From positions 1,477,912-1,541,911 of the forward strand of contig CAVXIR010000002.1 in the NCBI GenBank assembly GCA_963761975.1: DNA of 64,000 nt, in the 5' to 3' direction. The translations under genes were made by a program, and so were the position numbers. Positions 56,460 to 64,000 of the stretch are shown piece by piece. Under the pieces are notes generated by a model. That model was not told where the DNA came from. It did no database searches and saw nothing but the letters and a program-made list of their open reading frames with translations. The stretch's first letter is position 1. Every line of letters begins with the position of its first letter. This stretch comes from Vicinamibacterales bacterium (GTDB lineage Bacteria > Acidobacteriota > Vicinamibacteria > Vicinamibacterales > JAMQPK01).

Positions 56460-58232
56460 ATGGCCAAGCGCCGCGTGTTCAAGTTCTTCATCAGCCTGGT
56501 CGTCCTGTTTGTTGTCGTGGGCATGCTGGCCGTGATCGGCGCATGGATCATGGTTCTGAGGGGCCCAGCCGTGCCCGACCACGCGACGTTGATTCTGAGA
56601 ATCGGCGGCGAGCTGGTGGAGACGCCGCCGAACGACGTGCTGGGACAGGTCACCGGAGGTGTGCGCGCGCAGACGGTGCGCAGCTACGTCGACGCGCTGC
56701 GACGGGCCAAAGACGACCCGCGCATCGAGTCGGTGCTGATCGTGCCCTCGCCATTCGAGTCGCCCTTCTGGGGCAAGGTGCAGGAGATTCGCGACGCCGT
56801 CATCGACTTCAAGAAGTCGGGCAAGCGAATTTCGGCCTATCTCGAGTATGCGGGTGAGCGCGAGTACTACCTCGCATCCGCCACCGACCGCATCTACCTT
56901 CTGCCGACGAGCAGCGTCGACGTCACGGGCGTCGCGACCTACGAAGTCTTTCTCAAGGGAACGCTCGACAAGATCGGCACGCAGGCCGATTTCGAAAAGA
57001 TCGGCGACTACAAGACGGCTCCCAATCAGCTCACCCAGACCACGTTCACGCCCGCGCATCGCGAGATGACCGAGTCGCTCACGCGCGATATGTACGACCA
57101 GCTGGTGCAGGCGATCGCCCAGTCGCGCCGGAAGCACGTCGACGAGGTGCGCATGTTGATCGACCAAGGTCCGTTTCTCGCCGAGCAGGCGGTGAAAGCC
57201 GGTCTCGTCGATACGCTGGCGTACGAGGATCAGCTCGACGATCACGGCGTGGTGAGCAAGAGCGGCACCATTGAGGGCGAGCGCTACGGCCGTGTGCGCG
57301 GCGCCTCGCCGCCGCGCGGTGCTCCGCGTCTGGCAGTCGTTTACGTCACCGGGGTCATCAATTCCGGAGACGGCGGATTCGATCCGCTGAATGGCGATGT
57401 GGCCGGATCGATGCGACTGGTGAAAGCGATTCGATCGGCGCGCGCCGACGCTGGCGTGCGTGCCATCATCGTGCGCATCGACAGTCCTGGCGGATCGAGC
57501 ATCGCGTCCGATGTGATCTGGCGCGAGCTGACCGTGACGAAGAACGAAAAGCCGGACCGTCCGCTGGTGGCGTCGATGTCCGATCTGGCGGCGTCCGGTG
57601 GCTATTACGTCGCCATGGCCGCGTCGCACATCGTGGCGCAGCCGGCTACACTGACCGGCTCGATCGGCATCTACGGCGGCAAGTTCGTGACCGGTGGCAC
57701 GTACGAGAAACTGGGTGCCAACATCGAGGCGGTGACGATCGGACGCAATGCGGGCCTCGAATCGCCGGAACGCCCCTTCAACGAGAGCGAGCGGCAGAAG
57801 CTGCGAGAACAGATCAGCAGCTTCTACAAAGGGTTCGTCGAAAAAGTGGCGGCGTCGCGGAAGATGCCCGTCGAGCGAGTCGATCAGCTCGCTCGAGGAC
57901 GTGTGTGGACCGGCGCGCAGGCGCGCCACCACGGACTTGTTGACGCGCTGGGTGGTCTCGACCGCGCCATCGCGCTGGCCAAAGAACGTGCCGGCATCTC
58001 ACCGGAGACCGCCGTCGAAGTCGTCACCTATCCTCCGCGCCGGACCCTTGCCGAGTTGCTCCTCGAAGAGCTCACCGGCGCGGGCAACGACCGCGAGCTC
58101 GAGACGTTGGTGGCTTTTCTTGGAGGCATGCGCACGGCCGAACGCCGCGCGATTGGGTTGCTCACGGCCCCTGCGAGGTTGTTCAATCCGGGTGAACCGT
58201 TAGCGTTGATGCCGGTAGGGTTTCTTCGCTGA
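56460..58232 (+). CDS. sppA: signal peptide peptidase SppA, 67K type (S49 family, duplicated domain)
   Basis: N-terminal TM. Two ClpP/crotonase-like halves. Contains IDSPGGS and SMSDLAASGGYY (catalytic Ser region). Confidence 0.9.
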   Translation: MAKRRVFKFFISLVVLFVVVGMLAVIGAWIMVLRGPAVPDHATLILRIGGELVETPPNDVLGQVTGGVRAQTVRSYVDALRRAKDDPRIESVLIVPSPFESPFWGKVQEIRDAVIDFKKSGKRISAYLEYAGEREYYLASATDRIYLLPTSSVDVTGVATYEVFLKGTLDKIGTQADFEKIGDYKTAPNQLTQTTFTPAHREMTESLTRDMYDQLVQAIAQSRRKHVDEVRMLIDQGPFLAEQAVKAGLVDTLAYEDQLDDHGVVSKSGTIEGERYGRVRGASPPRGAPRLAVVYVTGVINSGDGGFDPLNGDVAGSMRLVKAIRSARADAGVRAIIVRIDSPGGSSIASDVIWRELTVTKNEKPDRPLVASMSDLAASGGYYVAMAASHIVAQPATLTGSIGIYGGKFVTGGTYEKLGANIEAVTIGRNAGLESPERPFNESERQKLREQISSFYKGFVEKVAASRKMPVERVDQLARGRVWTGAQARHHGLVDALGGLDRAIALAKERAGISPETAVEVVTYPPRRTLAELLLEELTGAGNDRELETLVAFLGGMRTAERRAIGLLTAPARLFNPGEPLALMPVGFLR

Positions 58233-58336
58233 ATTCGCAGATTCGCAGATTCGCGGATTCGCAGATTGTAAGATTGATTGAGAGATTGACCTCTCCCAAT
58301 CAATCTGCGAATCTTCCAATCTGCGAATCTGCGAAT
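58233..58336. repeat. Long imperfect hairpin made of ATTCGCAG octamer repeats between convergent genes
   Basis: The left arm attcgcagattcgcagattcgcggattcgcagattg...gattgattg pairs with caatcaatctgcgaatcttccaatctgcgaatctgcgaat. Includes a perfect 19-nt match. Confidence 0.85.
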
Positions 58337-58343
58337 ACGTGCA

Positions 58344-60269
58344 TCATCCGATCGCCCGCTTCAGCGCCTCGGGATCGACGTCGATCTTCATCTTGGCACG
58401 CGCTTTTTCCATGTAGGCCTGGTAGAAGCGCGCTCGCCGTTCGCTCAAGAATTCGACGCGGAACTTGTCCTTCGCCATCGCGTAGTCCGCCGCGCTGACG
58501 TCCTGACGCGTCGCCACTTTCACGATAGCCGCGCCTTGCGGCGTCGAGATGGCATTGCTGACGGTGCCCGGCGGCGAGGAAAACGCCACGGCTTCGATTT
58601 CGGGGCTGCGGCCGATATTCGGGATCATGCCGTCCCGTACGATTGGGTTGGTCGTCACCGCTTCGAGACCGGCTGCCTTTGCCGCCGCCTGGAAGTTCGG
58701 CGCCGACTTCAACTGACCAGCCAGCGCCTCGGCGCGCTGACGGGCGAGTCCCATCGCGCGATCCTGAATGACGTCGTCGCGCACGCGGCTTCGCACCTCG
58801 TCGAGCTTCGGCACGTAGGAGTCCTGCTTGCCCGAGACGTAGAAGAGGACGCGGCCGGTCGGTCCGGCCACAGGCGCGCTCACCGTATTGTCCGGTAGAT
58901 CGAAGGCCGCCATCGAGACGGGCGACTGTGGGCCGAGGCCTTCGATCATCCCGCCCCGGGGGAAGAATCCCGATTCCTCCACCTTCAGGCCGCGCGAAGC
59001 AGCCGCGCGGTCGAGTTCCTGCGGCGTCTTGGCCGCAGCGGCCAGCGTCTCGGCATTCTGCGTTGCCTGAATTTCTGCCTGGTCGCGCAGCAGCGCCGAT
59101 TCGATCTCCTTGTACACGTCGGGATCGGTCACCGCGCGCACGATGGCGGGCTTGCGATCGGTTACCTTGATGATGTGATAGCCGAACTCGGTTTTCACGA
59201 GGTCGCTCATCTCTCCAGGTGCGAGCGCAAAGGCCGCAGTTTCGAAGGCGCCGACCATGCGTCCTCGCGTGAAGTAGTCGAGGTCGCCGCCTTGCTGCGC
59301 GTTGCTTTCGTCCTGTGAATACTTCTTGGCAAGAGCGGCGAAATCGGCGCCCGATTTCGCTTCCTTCAGCACCTGCTCGGCCTGCGCGCGCACGGCCGCA
59401 TCATCTTTGCCTTCCGTCGTCAGCAGAATGTGGCTCGCGCGAATCTGTTCGGGTGTCGTGTACTTGCCGAGCTGGGCGTTGTAGTTCCGCTCGACATCTT
59501 CCTTCGACACCTTGAGAGTCGACGCCAGCTCAAGGGAGTTGATGCGCACGAACTTGATCTTGCGCTGATCGGGAATCCGATAGCTTTCCTTGTTCTTGTC
59601 GAAATGGGCCGAGATCTCCGAGTCGGACGGGTTGGCTTGCGTTTTGAAATTGTCGGCGAGCACCGAAACCACGTCCAAGGTGACCTTCTCGTTGCGCCGC
59701 TTGTACTCGCCTTCGAGATCGGCGTCCGACACGGTCATCCATTCGGTGAGCCCGGTCCGGAACTTGTCGAGCATCAGACCCTCTCGTACCGACACCTCGA
59801 AATCGGCCGGCGTAATCGGCGGGGTCTGCTGCGCCAGCAGCGCGCGATAGCGTTGTTCGCCGATAAACTGACCATTTTCCTGCAACCCTGGGATGGCCAT
59901 GATCTGCGCGCGCACCTCGGCATCGCTGACACTGATCCCCGCCCGTTCGGCCTCGGTCAACTCCGCTTTCTCCTGAATCATCTGCTGCAGCACCTGTTGA
60001 GGCACCTGCATCTGCTGCAGGATTTCGTCCGTCACCTTTCCGCCATATGAGGAGCGGTAGGCCTGCACCTGAGCCATGTAGCGACGGCGGAAATCGGCCA
60101 CTGAAATGGACCGCGAATCAACCGTGACCAGCCGATCGCCGCTCGGCATCATCGACGCGTCGGGACCAAGGAACTCGGGGATGTAGAAGACGACAAAAGT
60201 GAGGACGACCAGCGCCAGGCTCCACTTGAGCCAGCCTTTGTGGCGCCGCATCCGATCCAGCATGGTCAT
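58344..60269 (-). CDS. ppiD: periplasmic chaperone / peptidyl-prolyl isomerase PpiD-like (SurA_N + parvulin)
   Basis: N-terminal TM anchor, a SurA_N-like region and a parvulin core (IRASHILL...[15 protein letters not shown]...FGYHIIKV). Confidence 0.85.
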   Translation of the reverse strand: MTMLDRMRRHKGWLKWSLALVVLTFVVFYIPEFLGPDASMMPSGDRLVTVDSRSISVADFRRRYMAQVQAYRSSYGGKVTDEILQQMQVPQQVLQQMIQEKAELTEAERAGISVSDAEVRAQIMAIPGLQENGQFIGEQRYRALLAQQTPPITPADFEVSVREGLMLDKFRTGLTEWMTVSDADLEGEYKRRNEKVTLDVVSVLADNFKTQANPSDSEISAHFDKNKESYRIPDQRKIKFVRINSLELASTLKVSKEDVERNYNAQLGKYTTPEQIRASHILLTTEGKDDAAVRAQAEQVLKEAKSGADFAALAKKYSQDESNAQQGGDLDYFTRGRMVGAFETAAFALAPGEMSDLVKTEFGYHIIKVTDRKPAIVRAVTDPDVYKEIESALLRDQAEIQATQNAETLAAAAKTPQELDRAAASRGLKVEESGFFPRGGMIEGLGPQSPVSMAAFDLPDNTVSAPVAGPTGRVLFYVSGKQDSYVPKLDEVRSRVRDDVIQDRAMGLARQRAEALAGQLKSAPNFQAAAKAAGLEAVTTNPIVRDGMIPNIGRSPEIEAVAFSSPPGTVSNAISTPQGAAIVKVATRQDVSAADYAMAKDKFRVEFLSERRARFYQAYMEKARAKMKIDVDPEALKRAIG

Positions 60270-60489
60270 TACAGGTCAAACCCCCTCAGCAAAATTCATC
60301 TGTGGCCGATAAGACAAGGAGTTGAAGCTGACTATCGTAGCATCGACTCTGTAAGGACGAGCAATACCGTGTTTTGGTTGGGCGACCTACCGCTCAAACG
60401 CGCCCTCGCAGGCGCCAGGGCGGACCGAAGCCCTATGGTAATATTTACGTAATTTAGAAGGACTTAGCGGGAGTTGCCTTCTCACGAAG

Positions 60490-61572
60490 ATGCCGGGAGC
60501 ACCGCGCACCAATCCAGCCGCCCCCCGCGGCGCTCAGGCAGATCTGGCCGCCCGTCTCGTGCAAGGGGCGGAGGCTCTGCAGGACCGGCTGAATCGCCGG
60601 GACACGCTCATTGAATTGATCCGTTCGGTTAACGCAACGCATGACCCGCAGAAGGTTGCGGACGCGCTGCTGGGGCAGGTGCAGCCATGGTTTCCCGCGG
60701 CGTGCCTTGTTGTCGCTGTTCAGGACGGATCGCAGCACGCCTCGCTCATCGCCGAGCGCGGCCCGTGCGCGACGTACGGCGATGAGCTCGAACGGGTCGC
60801 CCGCTGGATTACCGAGCACAACGAAGAATTCATGACCGCCAGCCTCGCGAACGACCAGCGCGTGTCCGACGGGCCGGCGGCGAGCGTCATCGGGTTTCCC
60901 CTGCGCTGCCGGGCGCGAACGATTGGCGCGCTGATTATGCTCGATCCGACACCGTCGACAGACACGCCGAAGCTGCCGCACGAAGTCATGCTGGCGCTCC
61001 GTACGGTGCTCGAGGGGCCGGTGCTGGCGCTCGACACGGCGCTGCACCTTCGCCGCACCGAAGAGCTCTCGGTCACCGACGATCTGACGAGTTTGTATAA
61101 CTCGAGGTACTTGAATCAGGTGCTGCGCCGTGAATCGAAGCGGGCGTCGCGCAGCGGGCGTCCACTTTCGCTGTTATTTCTCGATCTCGACGGCTTCAAA
61201 TCGGTCAACGATACGCACGGGCATCTCTGTGGCAGCCGTGCGCTGGTCGAAGCGGCCGGCGTCATCCGGGGATGCGCGCGTGAAACGGACGTGCCCGCGC
61301 GCTTCGGCGGCGATGAGTTTGCCCTCGTGCTGCCCGACACGGGTAGCGAGGGTGCCGTGCAGGTAGCCGAACGCGTGCGCGAGCGCATTGCGGCGCACTC
61401 GTTTCTGAAGGGCGATGGTCTGGATATCCGCTTAACGGCGTCGGTGGGCGTGGCGACGTTGCCCGATGTTGCGGCGTCGGCGGAGGAATTGGTTAGAGCG
61501 GCCGATACCGCGATGTACCGCGTGAAAGACCGCGGGAAGAACGGCGTCGTGCTGGCAACGGAGCCGATGTAA
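60490..61572 (+). CDS. GAF-domain diguanylate cyclase (GGDEF)
   Basis: The N-terminal half is GAF-like. The C-terminal part has LTSLYNSRY, LLFLDLDGFKSVND, RFGGDEFALVLP and an upstream RxxD-like I-site. Confidence 0.9.
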   Translation: MPGAPRTNPAAPRGAQADLAARLVQGAEALQDRLNRRDTLIELIRSVNATHDPQKVADALLGQVQPWFPAACLVVAVQDGSQHASLIAERGPCATYGDELERVARWITEHNEEFMTASLANDQRVSDGPAASVIGFPLRCRARTIGALIMLDPTPSTDTPKLPHEVMLALRTVLEGPVLALDTALHLRRTEELSVTDDLTSLYNSRYLNQVLRRESKRASRSGRPLSLLFLDLDGFKSVNDTHGHLCGSRALVEAAGVIRGCARETDVPARFGGDEFALVLPDTGSEGAVQVAERVRERIAAHSFLKGDGLDIRLTASVGVATLPDVAASAEELVRAADTAMYRVKDRGKNGVVLATEPM

Positions 61573-61659
61573 CGATGGATCTGGAGATCTTGGGAATCTG
61601 GCGATCTGAGTTCAAAGTTCAGTCGTTCACGAGTGCACTAGTTACAGCGTAAGGAGCTT

Positions 61660-62685
61660 ATGAGCCTTCGTTCGGTCTTCTCTCTCTTCTCGAGCGATCT
61701 CGCGATAGATCTCGGCACCGCCAACACGTGCGTCTATGCGCGCGGGAAGGGCATCGTCGTCAACGAGCCGTCGATTGTGGCGATCAACAAGCTGAACGGC
61801 CGTGTCGAAGCGGTCGGGCGCGACGCCAAAGAGATGCTCGGCCGCACGCCGGGCAACATCGTGGCCATCAAGCCGATGAAGGACGGCGTGATTGCCGACT
61901 TCGAAGTCACCGAGAAGATGCTCACGTACTTCATCAAGAAGGCGCACAATCGAAATGTGTGGGTGAGGCCGCGCATTGTCATTGGCGTACCGTCAGAGAT
62001 TACCCAGGTCGAGAAGCGCGCCGTGAAGGACAGTGCATACCGGGCAAAAGCCAGCGAAGTGCACCTGGTGGAAGAAGCGATGGCTGCGGCGATTGGTGCG
62101 GGGATGCCCATTACCGAGCCGTCGGGCAACATGATCGTCGACATCGGAGGCGGCACGACCGACATCGCCGTCATCTCTCTGGCGGGCATCGTTTACAGCA
62201 AGGCCGTGCGTGTCGCGGGCAACGAGATGGATGAAGCGATCATCCAGTACATCCGCAAGACCTACAACCTGCTCATCGGCGAGCGCACCGCCGAACAGAT
62301 CAAGATTGAGATCGGCTCGGCATATCCGCTCGAGGAGAGGATGACGATGGAAATCAAGGGACGCCACCTCATCGAGGGCGTGCCGAAGACCATCACGATC
62401 ACCGACGAGGAGATCCGGGAGGCGCTGACCGAAACGGTCAACGTCATTGTCGATGCCGTACGTGTGGCGCTCGAACGCACTCCTCCGGAACTGTCTGCCG
62501 ATATCGTCGACCGCGGCATCGTGCTGACCGGCGGCGGGTCGATGTTGAAGAATCTGGATAAGCGTCTGAGAGAGGAAACCGGACTGCCGCTGGCGATGGC
62601 GGAAGATCCGCTGTCATCCGTGGTGCTCGGTGCCGGAAAGATGCTCTCGGACTTTAACTTGCTACGCAAGATTTCGATCGATTAG
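61660..62685 (+). CDS. mreB: rod-shape-determining protein MreB
   Basis: [46 protein letters not shown] and [10 protein letters not shown]. Confidence 0.97.
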   Translation: MSLRSVFSLFSSDLAIDLGTANTCVYARGKGIVVNEPSIVAINKLNGRVEAVGRDAKEMLGRTPGNIVAIKPMKDGVIADFEVTEKMLTYFIKKAHNRNVWVRPRIVIGVPSEITQVEKRAVKDSAYRAKASEVHLVEEAMAAAIGAGMPITEPSGNMIVDIGGGTTDIAVISLAGIVYSKAVRVAGNEMDEAIIQYIRKTYNLLIGERTAEQIKIEIGSAYPLEERMTMEIKGRHLIEGVPKTITITDEEIREALTETVNVIVDAVRVALERTPPELSADIVDRGIVLTGGGSMLKNLDKRLREETGLPLAMAEDPLSSVVLGAGKMLSDFNLLRKISID

Positions 62686-62691
62686 GTCACC

Positions 62692-63540
62692 TTGCAGGCC
62701 ATGGCCAGTGATTTTCGTCAGCGCACAGCGGTGCTCTTCATTGCTGTGATGCTGGGGCACATCATTCTCATCTCGGCGCAGGTGAACTCGAAGAGGGGTG
62801 TGCCGCTGCTCGAAGTGATTACGTTTGGTGCGTTCGCCGAGGTTCAGCGTGGTGCGGCCGGGTTTACGGGCGGGTTTCGCAACGCGTGGAAGGGGTACGT
62901 GGATCTTCGCGGCGCGCGCGCCGAGAACGAGCGGCTGAAGGTGCAGCTCGGCGCTCTGCAGGTGCAGTTTCAGCAAGAGCGCGCACGAGCCGAGCGCGCG
63001 CGACAGTTGGAGCACCTCCTCGGTTTCCGGAATGACCTGAACATCGACACGCTGCCTGCCGAAGTCATCGGTGCTGGCGCAACGAGCGACTTTCGGGTCC
63101 TCACCATCGACAGGGGATCGAAGAACGGCGTTGTCACCAACATGGCGGTCATCGCGCCGACTGGCGTCGTGGGGCGCGTGGTGACGCCGACGCACCATGC
63201 GTCGAAAGTTCAGTTGCTCATCGACCGCAACGCGGCCGCCGGCGGGCTCGTCGAGCGGACGCGCGCCCAGGGCATCGTCGTCGGCAAGGGCGAGGAGATC
63301 GTCCGCATGGATTTCGTCGCCGCCACGGCCGACGTGAAGATCGGTGACACGATCGTCACATCGGGTATCGACGGGATTTACCCCAGGGGCTTCGTCATCG
63401 GCAAAGTGGAACGCGTTGGCAGCGGCAACGGGATCTACAAAACGGTTGAGGTTCGTCCGTCCGTAGATTTCAACCGGCTCGAGGAAGTGCTTGTGGTGAA
63501 GACACCGCCGTCGCAGGCGACGCCAGAAAAGGGCCCCTAG
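62692..63540 (+). CDS. mreC: rod-shape-determining protein MreC
   Basis: Position after mreB. N-terminal TM, a coiled coil (ENERLKVQLGALQ) and a beta-rich C-terminus (GDTIVTSGIDGIYPRGFVIGKV). Confidence 0.9.
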   Translation: MQAMASDFRQRTAVLFIAVMLGHIILISAQVNSKRGVPLLEVITFGAFAEVQRGAAGFTGGFRNAWKGYVDLRGARAENERLKVQLGALQVQFQQERARAERARQLEHLLGFRNDLNIDTLPAEVIGAGATSDFRVLTIDRGSKNGVVTNMAVIAPTGVVGRVVTPTHHASKVQLLIDRNAAAGGLVERTRAQGIVVGKGEEIVRMDFVAATADVKIGDTIVTSGIDGIYPRGFVIGKVERVGSGNGIYKTVEVRPSVDFNRLEEVLVVKTPPSQATPEKGP

Positions 63541-64000
63541 TGAGGGCCATTGCCACTGTACTGGTCATTGTCATCGCGCTGGCCCTGCAGACGTCGATCG
63601 CCTATCTCACACCTGGCGCCGGCCTTGTCGACCTTGTGTTCGTGGCTGTGGTCTACATCGCCCTCAGCGGCGGGCCTACGGAGGGCCTGATTGCGGGTGC
63701 TGTCGCCGGCCTGGCACAGGATGCGCTTTCAGCGACCAGTGCCCTGGATGTTTCGATCGGTGCGGGCACGGTCAGCATGCGCAGCATCATCGGGATAGGG
63801 GGACTGGCAAAGACCGTTGTGGGCTTTTTCGCCGGCATCATCGGCAGCCAGTTCATCGTTGCACGGCCGTTGCCGAGGGCGCTGGTATTTTTCGCAGCGA
63901 CGGTCGCCCATGCGATCATATTTGTGGGGCTTTATCGGGTCATCGACCGCGGCTACGAGCTGACGACGTATGGCGCGATTTTCCGCCAGGCGGGCGCCAA
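63540..64000 (+). CDS. mreD: rod-shape-determining protein MreD (3' end beyond the window)
   Basis: GTG at 63540 overlaps the mreC TAG. Multi-TM hydrophobic sequence, open to the window edge, so absent from the ORF track. Confidence 0.7.
   Translation, partial: MRAIATVLVIVIALALQTSIAYLTPGAGLVDLVFVAVVYIALSGGPTEGLIAGAVAGLAQDALSATSALDVSIGAGTVSMRSIIGIGGLAKTVVGFFAGIIGSQFIVARPLPRALVFFAATVAHAIIFVGLYRVIDRGYELTTYGAIFRQAGA

Overview
High-GC (about 65% in spot counts of single lines) bacterial chromosome. The gene content suggests Acidobacteriota: Ser/Thr-kinase-TolB fusions, an ECF sigma of the TIGR02999 type, and PrcB-, DUF1080- and BON-type proteins. This assignment is inference only. All domain calls come from motifs read in the supplied translations; no database search was run.

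Layout:
- 1-19.4 kb is housekeeping: glgP, two MFS transporters, pntA/pntB, ferritin-like, PLD-like, ftsH, glutathione peroxidase and a PilZ protein.
- 19484-19570 is tRNA-Leu(CAG).
- 19.5-47.8 kb is a composite insertion at that tRNA. It is bounded by an exact 57-bp copy of the tRNA 3' end (42041-42097) and a 20-bp copy (47806-47825).
- 47.9-64 kb returns to core genes: BON, a decayed kinase, ECF sigma, MerR, sppA, ppiD, GGDEF and mreBCD.

The first island (19.6-42.1 kb) carries, in order:
- a five-gene, translationally coupled type I R-M operon with a Septu-like ATPase+HNH pair wedged between hsdS and hsdR;
- a tyrosine integrase;
- a head-to-tail IS630 dimer;
- an iteron-like cluster;
- a P4-type primase/helicase and an excisionase-like HTH;
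- a visibly AT-richer cargo block (35-42 kb) of uncharacterised genes.

The best candidates for an undescribed system lie in that cargo block. One is a short orphan SIR2-like protein divergent from a small-basic-ORF / PIN-like / membrane-protein string. The other is a DUF429-like nuclease with an unknown partner and a divergent XRE regulator.

Other oddities:
- intergenic elements built from locus-specific short tandem repeats;
- single-lesion disruptions of pntB (frameshift) and a CDP-alcohol phosphatidyltransferase (in-frame TAG);
- a kinase gene whose frame steps in the same direction at least six times.
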